IMG/VR virus record: IMGVR_UViG_3300016744_000001
DNA: 64,000 nt
Reading direction: 5' to 3' (one strand)
DNA from: a virus
Taxonomy: Duplodnaviria; Caudoviricetes
Positions 29,158 through 39,236 of this stretch are shown here, piece by piece. Numbering within the stretch: the stretch's first letter is position 1; each line of letters begins with the position of its first letter. The notes beneath the pieces were generated by a model that worked only from the letters and a program-made list of their open reading frames with translations, was not told the DNA's origin and searched no databases. The position numbers and the translations under genes are program-made.

Positions 29158-31263
29158 CTATGCTTGTTTGTTCTGGTTGGTGTCCCATACTGTACCGATC
29201 GCAATCAGGTTGTCGATCAGACCGAAACGCAGAGCCACTTCACGCAGACGATCAAACAGCACATCGAACAGGTTGCCGACTTGTGCAGGCGGGGCAATGA
29301 GCATGCCTGACTCCAACTGCTCAGCAAGTTTGGTATAACCACCTTCAGATGCCACCACATCCGTCAATGTCCTGAAGTCCTGAAGTTCAGGAAGTTCAGG
29401 AATCCCAAGGCAATGAGTGATTGCGGCATCAGGGTTGATGTAGGAGAAAGCGTTGAACGGACGGGGACCCTTGCTGGCGATGTGATAGAAGTCGTAATAC
29501 CCAAACTGACGACTTCCTACATTGTCCATGAAGTCATCGTTCGGTTCAATCTTGTTGGCAAGCGAACCGAAGATGGCATAGCACAGGTCACGCGCCGCCT
29601 GAAAGAAGCACGATGCATAGACTTCACAGCAATTGCTGGTTGGTCGCGATACACCACTGCGGCCACAGATGAGTTGCGAGTATACCAATCTGACTGCACT
29701 GTACAGTTTCTGCGGACCATTCAAGAAGATACCATGGTTGACCGCTGCCAGTGCCGACTTGGAAGCGTCATCAAGGACGTGTTCAAGCATCTGCTGGTCA
29801 TGCTGTTTGCCGCCAACCGTCAGATACCAGTCACGTTTCACCTTCATGATGATCAAGGCCTTGTTCAGATCTTTGATCACTGTCTCGTTGCCACGTTCAC
29901 CAACTGCCTGCTCCTTTTCAAGGGCATCGTTGAAGAACGCTTTCCAGTCAGTGTAGTACTTGTAAGCTTCAGGATACTTTTCACCGGGGTGAACATTGGA
30001 AAGCTTGTCTTCTTCCGTGCAGCAATCCAAGTATGGGACGACATTGTCGATGTAGCATTCATGGAAGTCGACCTTGATGTCACCTTTGATGATAAACCGT
30101 TCAGCACTGATGAAGTCAGATTCACAGACGGTGTTGTTGGTGTACGGCGGAACATTGGCTTTGGCACTGAGGGCATCCATGGAGTACATGAATTCAGTAC
30201 CGTAGCCGATGGGTTTCTGGTACTGAGCAACAAAAAGTTCCAGCCCACTCTTTCGGCACAAGTCGCACATCGCCGAGCAGAAATCTGAGTCATGTCCGTT
30301 ACTCTGGCTGGGGAACAAGACAACCAGTCCTTCAGGTTTGGTCTTTTCTTGTTCAGCTTTGTCGATCTGCTGAGCAAGGTAGGTCTGCAGCGCAATTGTT
30401 GTCAGACTGTCACGAACTATGCCTGTGCGCAGGACCAAGATGTTGGCATTCTTGCGTTCGAATGCACGACCGAGATCGACATTGCACAGTTCAGGAGTGA
30501 TGATGTCCACAGAGTACCGGGCGTGGTACGCACTCTGGACCGCCTTGACAGCGCATTCATCCGTTTCCCGATATGGATACTTCTGGCTGATCGCTGTCTG
30601 CCACACTTCTTCAGGCATGTTGGCGAAGATCTCGCTGACAGCTTCAGCAACCTGCTGATTGCCAGCTGAGGCAGTGTAGGCTTGCAAGTAGGCAAGGAAC
30701 TTTGCTGCCGACTGGCGTGTGAACTTGGGTTCACTGTTTTCATTCTGTAGTGTGGTCAGGGTGTCGATGGTGATCTTCTTGTTGTCCAGTTCTTCAACCA
30801 GCAACTTGGTGAAGATCTTGAAGTTCTTTTCAAGATCCGTGATCGACCAGTCATCGAGTTTGTGACGTTCCTTGAGCAAGTAGACCACAAACGAAGCGGT
30901 GAAGATCATGCTTGAGGTGGTACCGTCACCACAACAGGCATCGATCCTGCGGCCCATGAAGGCAAGCAGCTTGTCTTTGATGTACCGCTGGATGGTGGAC
31001 ATGTACGAAATATTGGACAAGCAATGGATGCCGTCGCGAGTAAATGCTTCCACACCACTGCAACCGCCGGTGATGTCGGTGTTGAGACCATCGTTCAGCG
31101 TGGAGTTGTTGTACAGGATAAACGAGTTGCGAGAGGTGGGGCCAGAGATACTCAGCAACTGCTGGACCAGTTCACTGAGGGTTTTGATGGTTACGTCAGC
31201 AAGGTCATCTTTGCTGACAACGTTCTTGAGATCTTTATCACTGTTCAGAACTACACGGGACAT
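29158..31263 (-). CDS. groEL: Divergent GroEL-like chaperonin
   Basis: ISGP, TRDGIH, GDGTTS ATP-binding motif, VGG...LDDA...AAVNHG; AAAGGAG RBS before ATG 31263. Confidence 0.8.
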   Translation of the reverse strand: MSRVVLNSDKDLKNVVSKDDLADVTIKTLSELVQQLLSISGPTSRNSFILYNNSTLNDGLNTDITGGCSGVEAFTRDGIHCLSNISYMSTIQRYIKDKLLAFMGRRIDACCGDGTTSSMIFTASFVVYLLKERHKLDDWSITDLEKNFKIFTKLLVEELDNKKITIDTLTTLQNENSEPKFTRQSAAKFLAYLQAYTASAGNQQVAEAVSEIFANMPEEVWQTAISQKYPYRETDECAVKAVQSAYHARYSVDIITPELCNVDLGRAFERKNANILVLRTGIVRDSLTTIALQTYLAQQIDKAEQEKTKPEGLVVLFPSQSNGHDSDFCSAMCDLCRKSGLELFVAQYQKPIGYGTEFMYSMDALSAKANVPPYTNNTVCESDFISAERFIIKGDIKVDFHECYIDNVVPYLDCCTEEDKLSNVHPGEKYPEAYKYYTDWKAFFNDALEKEQAVGERGNETVIKDLNKALIIMKVKRDWYLTVGGKQHDQQMLEHVLDDASKSALAAVNHGIFLNGPQKLYSAVRLVYSQLICGRSGVSRPTSNCCEVYASCFFQAARDLCYAIFGSLANKIEPNDDFMDNVGSRQFGYYDFYHIASKGPRPFNAFSYINPDAAITHCLGIPELPELQDFRTLTDVVASEGGYTKLAEQLESGMLIAPPAQVGNLFDVLFDRLREVALRFGLIDNLIAIGTVWDTNQNKQA

Positions 31264-31281
31264 GACTACTCCTTTAAAGTA

Positions 31282-31311
31282 AGCAAGAGGGTGGTCAAAC
31301 ACCCTCTTGCT
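31282..31311. terminator. 12-bp stem hairpin
   Basis: AGCAAGAGGGTG-GTCAAA-CACCCTCTTGCT. Confidence 0.6.
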
Positions 31312-31321
31312 GTAAGCATGA

Positions 31322-31798
31322 TTAGCGACCTTTGAGTTTCTTGGCCAAATCAGCACTACGCATCAGTTCATCAACAGCATCCTGTTCCGCTGGTTTGTGT
31401 TCTGCATACGCCTTTTCAATGAACCCAAATGTCGCAAGATCCAATCCCATGAAATCCTCCAGACTCATGCCAAGTTTCTGGCAGATGTCTGAACTCAAAC
31501 ACAGGTGAAGAACTTTCCTTAGGTAGGAAAACTCTGGTTGCAACTTTTGGTAATCCTTGGTGACATGATACATCATACCTGAACCATTCGGAATTCGGAC
31601 GTCTTGATTGAAGGCATAACTTTCATTGAAAAAGTTAATTGCCACAGAGCGATTGATGCCGGTCATACTACCAAGCTGTGCTAACAGTGATTGATGAAGT
31701 TCACCATACGTTTGCACATCTTCCACCCCAGTGTCATGAAACACATCTTGGACGTATCTCCCTACCGGGGTATGCGAGAGGTCGCCCACTGGAAAAAA
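31322..31798 (-). CDS. Putative C-terminal module of a tail-assembly chaperone reached by -1 frameshift
   Basis: Frame overlaps the end of 31762..34419 in the -1 phase; LGMSLEDFMGLD resembles gpT-like chaperone tails. Confidence 0.55.
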   Translation of the reverse strand, partial: FFPVGDLSHTPVGRYVQDVFHDTGVEDVQTYGELHQSLLAQLGSMTGINRSVAINFFNESYAFNQDVRIPNGSGMMYHVTKDYQKLQPEFSYLRKVLHLCLSSDICQKLGMSLEDFMGLDLATFGFIEKAYAEHKPAEQDAVDELMRSADLAKKLKGR

Positions 31799-34419
31799 GC
31801 GTATTCGGGATCGCAAGCGATAAGCCGATTGATCGCTTCTTTCGGGTACTTGCCACAAACGGGGCAAGGATGATGAGCAAAGCAGATGTGTGTGATCGTC
31901 TTGGATGAGATAAACTCAACGATCTTGTCACCCAAGCTCAAGCCGGGCAGCAGCTGCAGGTTGTCCAAAGCATTTGCCAAAGCAGCGCCATCCTTAAAGT
32001 AGATGACCGTGCCCTTCTTCGGGTGGGTGTAGCTGATCTGCTGCACATAGGGCACGAAGGAGTTCAGATACTTCGCTTGGACGTACTGATTGAGTTCGTT
32101 GACCTTGTTGATCTGGATGGTCGAGATCAGTTCAGCAACATAACTGCGCTGAGCTTCTTCAGCTTCAGCCACGGTAGGAATCGAGAAAGCGGCTTTCCAG
32201 CAACCGTCTTCACTGATGGGTTCCCAGCAAAGAGTACTGTTGAGATACTTCTCACGGTACATCTTAAGGTCGGCCAATGTGCGTTTGGTTTTGCTGTCAA
32301 CGTAAGTGATCGATTCAGCATTCAGCATTGACCAGTTGTTGAAACGCATGTTGTTGATGTTGACCGTGGCTTTTTCAGTGTGGTGACAGTTGGTGTCGCC
32401 CTTGATCTTGTTGTAACACACGTACTCAACGTCGACGCCCTGCGGGTACATCAATGATGCAATCCCCCAGAGGATTGTTGAATAGTCAAGTGAGGAAATG
32501 GCATTCCTCAGTGTGCCAGGCTGATCCCAACCTTCAAGGTTACTGTCCACAACCACCTTTTCAAAGAGATCAAACAATGCTGACCTGATCTCCACACCAA
32601 CCGGCAAGAAAGCCAGCTTACCCATGATGCGACCATAGTCACCAGCGTTGGCGCGAACGGCATTGCTGTACTTGGTGAGCAAGTCCAGTCGAGGGGCACA
32701 GATGACCACATTGAAACCACTGTGGTACAGGTTGACCTTTCGGATGCCATTGATGAGCAGAGAGGCGGTTTTGAAAGCTACTGAGCCGGCCAAAGAAACC
32801 TGATTGCCAAGACGGCTAAGCAGTTTTTCTTTGTCAGCATAGCTGTCATCAATGTACTTCAGCTCTTCGCCGGATTCGGCGTTGGGATTTTTCAGGGCGA
32901 CACTGCGAGACAGCTTGAGGTCTTTGCCGGTCTGTTCCTTGTGCCTCTCAAAGGCTTTGTTGAGAACACGAGTGTTGAAGTTGGTGGTGTCAGTGTCAAT
33001 GAACTCATGGGCCATCCTGATTCTGTACAGGTACGAGGAAGGATCGACCAGTTTCTCATTGAGGTTGACGATCTTTTGCTGAAGCTGATTGTAGATTACC
33101 GGATCAGCGTCACCAAAGAGTTCCTTGTTCGTACCAGAAAGCAACACAGGGTTGGTCTGGAACGCCAACTGACTAAGCGTGTCAGCATCCATCAGTGGGA
33201 TAACCAGCTCACCCTTGTTGGGTTCCGGAGTGGTGATTCCAACAAGACTTGGCAGATCCGTGAGTTCTTGGTAGTCATCACTGAACAACAGCTTGCCTGT
33301 GGTTTCAGTGACGAGGTTCATCGCGTCATCGATGGTCAGCTCTTCTTGCACCACAGCACTGACCTGATCAGGATTGATCTTGATCAAATCGTCATCGGGA
33401 GATTGCTCCACGATGGGAAGATCCTGAAGAGCCGCATCCAGTTCCTGACCAGCACCATTACCGAGCAGCTGATCAGCAACTTCGGTGTGTGATGGTGCGG
33501 TGAGAACCACCAGTGGGTTGTCTTCGGGTGCTGGAGTTGTTTCTTCAGTAGTCGCACCAGCCCATGTCGTCGGGTCGACCAGATAGGGTGGGATCGCGTC
33601 ATGTATTTCTTTCAGTGCTACCGGATCAATCGATGCACTTACCGGTTCATTGTCAACCGGAATGAGTTCGTCGGTGGATACAGGTACTTCAATAACTGGG
33701 GTTGCCAATTGTTCAGCGCCAATGGAGAAACCCAAAGATGCTTCGGTGTCAACCACTTCAGCTTCGTCCACGACTGGTTCGACTTCAACTGCTGGTTCAG
33801 GAGTCGAAATAATAGCAGGAGCTTCAACCGTGACTGTATCTGTGATCACCGGGGCGACAGGAGTAGGAGTCACAGGAGGTGTTTTCACAGTCATCTGAAG
33901 TGACTGTGATTTGGGTGGCGCAACCGGTGCCGCAAGATCATCCTTGGACATCTGAAGAGTATTGGTGATCTCCTCAGGAGTGACCGGATCATGCATGGGG
34001 GTAACCGTATCGAAACGAGGATCATTGTCGAGGTTACCATCAGCGATACCCAGATGTTCCCCACCAATCAGTGGGGCGGCTTCTGTCTGTGGACCGAGGT
34101 TGCTGGAAGTGCTGACTTCCCCTGAAGGAACAAACGGATCACCGTGGGTGGGTTCTTCTTCAGTGGGGGTGGTGTCAATCGCCATCTGCATGATGTCGGC
34201 TTCTGTGGGGTTCCCTGCCGTCTTCCGGGAAATGAAGTCTCGCAACACTGCCGGATCAGGTGCTTCTGGGCGATGGATTGCGTTGATCGGCAAGCTCTGA
34301 CATTCCGTAACCGGAAGATCAGCGAGGTCTGAACCAACTTCGATGCCGAGCTCATTCGTGCCCTGCGCTTCGTCTTGCGCTGGCTCAAACCCATTAGGGT
34401 TTACATGCTGGTCACTCAT
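31762..34419 (-). CDS. Putative baseplate-hub/tail-assembly chaperone with a long acidic Pro-rich N-terminus
   Basis: AAGGAG RBS before ATG 34419; LYHSGF motif; C-terminal Cys motifs (CYNK...CHH, CPVC). Confidence 0.55.
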   Translation of the reverse strand: MSDQHVNPNGFEPAQDEAQGTNELGIEVGSDLADLPVTECQSLPINAIHRPEAPDPAVLRDFISRKTAGNPTEADIMQMAIDTTPTEEEPTHGDPFVPSGEVSTSSNLGPQTEAAPLIGGEHLGIADGNLDNDPRFDTVTPMHDPVTPEEITNTLQMSKDDLAAPVAPPKSQSLQMTVKTPPVTPTPVAPVITDTVTVEAPAIISTPEPAVEVEPVVDEAEVVDTEASLGFSIGAEQLATPVIEVPVSTDELIPVDNEPVSASIDPVALKEIHDAIPPYLVDPTTWAGATTEETTPAPEDNPLVVLTAPSHTEVADQLLGNGAGQELDAALQDLPIVEQSPDDDLIKINPDQVSAVVQEELTIDDAMNLVTETTGKLLFSDDYQELTDLPSLVGITTPEPNKGELVIPLMDADTLSQLAFQTNPVLLSGTNKELFGDADPVIYNQLQQKIVNLNEKLVDPSSYLYRIRMAHEFIDTDTTNFNTRVLNKAFERHKEQTGKDLKLSRSVALKNPNAESGEELKYIDDSYADKEKLLSRLGNQVSLAGSVAFKTASLLINGIRKVNLYHSGFNVVICAPRLDLLTKYSNAVRANAGDYGRIMGKLAFLPVGVEIRSALFDLFEKVVVDSNLEGWDQPGTLRNAISSLDYSTILWGIASLMYPQGVDVEYVCYNKIKGDTNCHHTEKATVNINNMRFNNWSMLNAESITYVDSKTKRTLADLKMYREKYLNSTLCWEPISEDGCWKAAFSIPTVAEAEEAQRSYVAELISTIQINKVNELNQYVQAKYLNSFVPYVQQISYTHPKKGTVIYFKDGAALANALDNLQLLPGLSLGDKIVEFISSKTITHICFAHHPCPVCGKYPKEAINRLIACDPEYAFFQWATSRIPR

Positions 34420-35470
34420 TGGGTATCTCCTTGGAGCTAGCTCCAGTGTTTCTCTTTGGCGGAATCGTGGGCATAAGCACTGTTTCCATGTATGGACGAG
34501 TGCTAGTAATGCTGACTTCAGGTGCATGGTAGCACGCTAAACACTTCACAGTGTCCCCATTAGATTTGTAGATGTATAACGAAAAGTCTCCTACGAGTTG
34601 TTCTTTAACGTACTTCTTTTGGATGAATTCCCGAACGCTTGGTAAATCCAACCCATCAACTAACAAAAGTTTCTGGTTTTGATACTTGCGTTCTTCTGGT
34701 AGCCCAAATTGGTCCCCTGAAAATTCTTGTGACCGGTACCAGTTTGAATGAAACTTCTCTTGCTTCATCAAAAAGGTTTGGTCAAATTTTTGAAAGTAGT
34801 GACCTTCTGGAGCATCAACACAGTTTTTGCAGTCGACGACCATCTGGTCTAGTACCACTGCCAGTTCGTTGATAACAAAGGGGTCATTCAGAAGAGTACC
34901 CGCGATGTTCGCAGCAGTGAACAGAGATCTTTTTATTTCGCAGTCCCAACCATCATCTTGCATGACTTTATCGAGTTCATCGATTGTTACGGTTGATTGA
35001 CTTGGTTCAGTAGAATAGTCATCATCATCTTCATCACGTTCAATACTGATCGTGAGCTGTTTGCCACCACCAAGAATGTGCAGGTTCTGCGTAAGTGGAT
35101 CGATCTGTGCAAGCACTGATTCAATCCGAAAATCTTTGAAGGCCTTGGTGATGAATTCAGTCTTGATGATGTATGGATGGTTGCCGAGCTGATTCAAATT
35201 GAAGAGGTCACGGAACGTGGTCAGAAAGTCATCATGCGGGTGAATGCAATGGATGGATATCATGGCCAAGGATGTGTACGTGATAAACAAGTCAGGATCA
35301 GCGTTGGTTACAACTAACTCATCCTCATGACCAGGAATATTCAAGTACACATACTTGCAGCCACGGGCTGACAGAGATGAAAAGTACGACCGACACTGCT
35401 TTTGAAAGTCAGTGATGGGGACACTTTTTTTCTTTACAGGTTTGTCTGTCTCTGACGCCATGATATCCAT
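34412..35470 (-). CDS. Hypothetical protein
   Basis: 352 aa; overlaps the start of the next gene. Confidence 0.7.
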   Translation of the reverse strand: MDIMASETDKPVKKKSVPITDFQKQCRSYFSSLSARGCKYVYLNIPGHEDELVVTNADPDLFITYTSLAMISIHCIHPHDDFLTTFRDLFNLNQLGNHPYIIKTEFITKAFKDFRIESVLAQIDPLTQNLHILGGGKQLTISIERDEDDDDYSTEPSQSTVTIDELDKVMQDDGWDCEIKRSLFTAANIAGTLLNDPFVINELAVVLDQMVVDCKNCVDAPEGHYFQKFDQTFLMKQEKFHSNWYRSQEFSGDQFGLPEERKYQNQKLLLVDGLDLPSVREFIQKKYVKEQLVGDFSLYIYKSNGDTVKCLACYHAPEVSITSTRPYMETVLMPTIPPKRNTGASSKEIPNE

Positions 35471-35487
35471 CCTTTTAGTTGTTGGAG

Positions 35488-36258
35488 TTACTCTGTGGTA
35501 GCCGGGGTGGTGGGAGCAGCAGTGGATGCTGCGATGAATGCCGCTTCATCCATGGTGGCAATATTGCCACCAGCAGTGCCACGCACTTCTTCATCAGGAG
35601 TGGGTTCGGTAGCAGCTTCCACGGTACCATCATCAATAACCGGCACGCTTTCATCGGCGGCTGCATCGGGCGTGAAGCAGTCGTCCATGACGTTTTCCGG
35701 GACGACAGGCTGGTCAGCAGCGACGCTCTTCAGAGCAGCAATGTGGCCTTCAAGATTGGCCATCAGGTCGTGCAGAGAGCCAGCCAGCTGGACGCTGATG
35801 TTTTTGATGGCGGGGTTGTATTTGTCATCAATGCACTTGAGCGAACGCGTCTTTTCCGCGACATCCAGCTGCATTTCCATCACGCTGGGCAGGATGGTCT
35901 CGATGAATTCGCCCATGGCGGCCATCGGGTCGGCAAAGTTCTTCAGCTTTTTCCGGAGTTCAAACGTCTTTTGCTGCAGACGTTCCAGTCGGTTTTCCGC
36001 CATGATCATGTCGGTGTGGAACTGGCGGAGAGAAGCAAGATCGTTCAGGCGAGCCAGCGCACCGGATTCGTCTTTCAGGGCGTCAGCCGTCAGCATCCAC
36101 TGGTCGGAGGTCACCCAAAGGTGCTGACCAAGAATGACCAGTTCACGCAAAAACGGATGGTACGCTTCAAGTTGCTTCAGCACGTTGTTCATTTCAATAC
36201 GGCTGGTCATCTGCATGTTGTTGCGCTCAGCCGACTTGATAACTTTCTTACGTCCCAT
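35488..36258 (-). CDS. Coiled-coil hypothetical protein with an acidic tail
   Basis: AAGGAG RBS; biased codons. Confidence 0.75.
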   Translation of the reverse strand: MGRKKVIKSAERNNMQMTSRIEMNNVLKQLEAYHPFLRELVILGQHLWVTSDQWMLTADALKDESGALARLNDLASLRQFHTDMIMAENRLERLQQKTFELRKKLKNFADPMAAMGEFIETILPSVMEMQLDVAEKTRSLKCIDDKYNPAIKNISVQLAGSLHDLMANLEGHIAALKSVAADQPVVPENVMDDCFTPDAAADESVPVIDDGTVEAATEPTPDEEVRGTAGGNIATMDEAAFIAASTAAPTTPATTE

Positions 36259-36354
36259 GATAATACTCCTTGGAAACTTTGGGTGGGTTTAAGGTTAAAA
36301 CAAAGGGTGTTCCTCGAAACATATCATTCCGGATAAATAAGAGTTTAAATTACA

Positions 36355-36386
36355 GATAGTCACCCGGGATATCCCGGGTGACTATC
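36355..36386. terminator. 32-bp perfect palindrome
   Basis: GATAGTCACCCGGGAT|ATCCCGGGTGACTATC. Confidence 0.7.
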
Positions 36387-36388
36387 GC

Positions 36389-36976
36389 TTAAGCAAGCAG
36401 TTTGAACCAGGGGTCCGTGCAACTGCTGAAGGCACGTTGCGCAACATCTTCAAAGTAACCCGACACCAGCATAATGGTGTCATCACTGAAGTTCATTTGT
36501 GACCAGGTGTTCGTGGCTTTGTCATTCTGGACGTCGTTGTCCTTGATATCCTTTTCCACGATGTCCTTCATGTGACCAGACGCAAACGTCGGTGCCCGAT
36601 GCAAGAAGTTCATCTGCACACGGTCACGGACCGTCATGGTTGGGCCGCAAGCGCACAGACTCTTCAGCTCAAGCATGAGGCTGCTGTAATGATCTGCACT
36701 GAGGAACCGGGGGTTGGCAAACTTGAATTGGTTGATCGCCAGTTCAAGCTTTTCTTCCAATTCCTCAGTGGTGCCGGCTTCTTTCGAATCCTTCAGATCC
36801 TTCAGGTATTCCTTAAACAAGCAGTAGAGCATTGCAGAACGACTGTTGTTTTCAGCAGAGATGGTGTTCTTGCTTTGATAAGCCTGGAACTGTTTGTTCA
36901 GCTCATCCTTGCGCTGTTGTGACAGGCGACTAAGTGGAGATGGCATGCTTGATCCTCCCAAGGATTCAAAGATCAC
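36389..36976 (-). CDS. Hypothetical protein
   Basis: ORF divergent from the DNA polymerase; likely start MPSPLS after GGAGG. Confidence 0.7.
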   Translation of the reverse strand: MIFESLGGSSMPSPLSRLSQQRKDELNKQFQAYQSKNTISAENNSRSAMLYCLFKEYLKDLKDSKEAGTTEELEEKLELAINQFKFANPRFLSADHYSSLMLELKSLCACGPTMTVRDRVQMNFLHRAPTFASGHMKDIVEKDIKDNDVQNDKATNTWSQMNFSDDTIMLVSGYFEDVAQRAFSSCTDPWFKLLA

Positions 36977-37021
36977 TTGTAATGGTTATCGTTTGCTTTC
37001 GATTCGGAGTGAATCATCCAA

Positions 37022-37029
37022 TATATTCC
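37022..37029 (+). promoter_or_regulatory. Possible early promoter variant TATATTCC
   Basis: One mismatch to TATATTAC; upstream of the DNA polymerase gene. Confidence 0.35.
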
Positions 37030-37045
37030 GCAGATTGGAGTACAT

Positions 37046-39226
37046 ATGCTGAATACTCAACGACCGGCACCTGATCAGGTTCAATACCGACCTGACGTAA
37101 TGAAGTGCTATATAGCAAATCAGGTCGAACATCTTCGGTTGGTTTTTCCAGATCTCTCGGTGGAAGAACTAACTGAGATTGTCCGAGAAGATGCGAAGAA
37201 AAATTTTAAGCGTCCAGAATGTCAGGTTATCGTTTATCCTGAACCAGGTGAATGTGATCTGCGAACACTCGATCTGCTGAACTTCATCACTGTTCACAGA
37301 GCAGATGTGATCACACCATCTGGGACAATGTTCAAATCTGATGCGAAAAACCTGCCACCTTCGATTGCGTATTGCAATGCTTGCAAGCAGGCACGCAGTC
37401 ATTTCAAGAAACTCATGTTTGCTTGTATGGAAAAAGGTGATAAAGATGGTGAAGCCCGAAATGACAAGCGACAAGCGTTAAAGAAGATCAAGAACAACTC
37501 GATCATTGGCGCCCATGGCTTCAAAGGCAGCGCGTTCTACGATAAGGAATGCTTCAGTGGGATCACCTCGTTAGGTCGAAACGGTGTGATCATGTCCTAC
37601 GGGATAACCGAGCAATGTTTGGTGAATAATTTTTATTGGTCTGATGCTGAAAAAGTCATCAACCATGTCATCACTGTTGCTGCAGCTGCAAACATGGAAC
37701 TGGTCGAAGAGATCTGCAATAAGTACAATCTGTATATTCCAGATGCAGAAACTACTGCAGGTCGTTTACTTGAATCAGCAAAGTACTACCTATCGAAGGA
37801 TGTACGAGTGGCATTACACGCTAAGCTGGTCAAGATGTTTGATGCTCTGCCTTGGCAGAGAAGAACATACGTGTTCTATCGCCGGAGCATGATCAACCTT
37901 TTTGTGTACAACAAAGAGCTGTTTAAGGCCAAGATTGCTGGATTGTTTGACTTGGATGTCAAGTTGAAGGCAAACCCTGATTTTGAAGAACGGTTGACGA
38001 ATGCTAATCCTAAGGATGCACTTAAGCTTCCTGAAGATGTGCAGATGATGCTTTCCGTTATCTACAACAACGTGCTTAATTACAATCCAGTCAACAAAGA
38101 ACTTGTTGAAAAGCAACCCGAGATTGCAAAACACTTTGGGTTGATTGGACAGGAAGCAGTGAAATACCTCGAATCATTCGAGGAAGTGTATGCACCATTT
38201 CTGTTCTCTGGGGAAGCACTTGCACGGATTCCAGAGAACAAGTACATCATTCGTAAAGCTGTTGCTGTGTCAGATACAGACTCAGTGATTTTTACGATGA
38301 AATCGACCGTCTCGTGGTTCAAAGATGGAAACCTGAAGGTTGACCAAGCTTCGTTGAACATGTCCGCATACACCGTTTATTTGCTTTCTCGAGTGTTGAA
38401 TACCGCAAACCGGGATTTGGCTATTTCAAAGGGTGTGGTGACAGAAGCGAACGTTAGCTTGATTAACCTCAAGAGTGAGTTCTTGTATCCAGTATTTGTT
38501 AAGACTGACCTTGGCAAGCACTACTTTGCAAAGTACATTGCGAAAGAAGGACGTCAGCTTCCTGAACCGAAGCTTGACGTTAAGGGTGTGGAATTCCAGT
38601 CATCAACATTACCGACAGTGACCAAAGAGTTCACGAACAGTATCCTTAACAAGATCATCGATGACGTGATTGAGTATGGCGATCTGTACGAGAATGACTT
38701 GATTCGGACATGTCTGGATTACGAGACAAAGATCTTGAGTTCACTGCGAGCAGGTGACCTCGGTTACTACGCAAACGCTTCAGTGAAAGACAAGTCAGGA
38801 TACAAACAACCGGAAAGAAGTATCTACTTCAACTACGAGTTCTGGCAAGAAGTCTTTGCAGATCGTTACGGGGAAATCCATATTCCCGGAAAGTACTGCA
38901 TGGTTCCTTTCAGAGACAAAGTGATGCGCAGTGAGCAATACCTGTCATGGATGAAGAATGGCTTCCCGGATGTCCATGAACGGTACATGCGGTTCTTGAA
39001 ACGAGTTGACCCCAAGAAGAAGTTGACTCGAATCGTGTTGCCGGCTACCTGTATCAAATTGCCGGAGATCTTTGTTCCAGCAATTGATACCCGAGCAATC
39101 ATTTATAAAAACATGGCACCGACTCAGTTGGCTTTGAAACAGATTGGGATCAATCTGGGCAAAGCGAAACAGATGCCACTGTTCTTAGATGTGTACACTG
39201 ACACATTGATGAACAATGTCTGCTAA
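37046..39226 (+). CDS. Family-B DNA polymerase, polymerase subunit of a split enzyme (phiKZ gp50-like)
   Basis: Motif B QALKKIKNNSIIG, ITSLGR, motif C SDTDS, KHYFA, VKGV; no exonuclease domain or motif A seen. Confidence 0.88.
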   Translation: MLNTQRPAPDQVQYRPDVMKCYIANQVEHLRLVFPDLSVEELTEIVREDAKKNFKRPECQVIVYPEPGECDLRTLDLLNFITVHRADVITPSGTMFKSDAKNLPPSIAYCNACKQARSHFKKLMFACMEKGDKDGEARNDKRQALKKIKNNSIIGAHGFKGSAFYDKECFSGITSLGRNGVIMSYGITEQCLVNNFYWSDAEKVINHVITVAAAANMELVEEICNKYNLYIPDAETTAGRLLESAKYYLSKDVRVALHAKLVKMFDALPWQRRTYVFYRRSMINLFVYNKELFKAKIAGLFDLDVKLKANPDFEERLTNANPKDALKLPEDVQMMLSVIYNNVLNYNPVNKELVEKQPEIAKHFGLIGQEAVKYLESFEEVYAPFLFSGEALARIPENKYIIRKAVAVSDTDSVIFTMKSTVSWFKDGNLKVDQASLNMSAYTVYLLSRVLNTANRDLAISKGVVTEANVSLINLKSEFLYPVFVKTDLGKHYFAKYIAKEGRQLPEPKLDVKGVEFQSSTLPTVTKEFTNSILNKIIDDVIEYGDLYENDLIRTCLDYETKILSSLRAGDLGYYANASVKDKSGYKQPERSIYFNYEFWQEVFADRYGEIHIPGKYCMVPFRDKVMRSEQYLSWMKNGFPDVHERYMRFLKRVDPKKKLTRIVLPATCIKLPEIFVPAIDTRAIIYKNMAPTQLALKQIGINLGKAKQMPLFLDVYTDTLMNNVC

Positions 39227-39236
39227 TTGAAAAGTG

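Noticed and set aside
29413-31335. Long plus-strand ORFs opposite groEL, and similar ones opposite 22747, 35488, 41393 and nrdJ
   Set aside because: Antisense shadows caused by codon bias of the real genes; no RBS or recognisable motifs.
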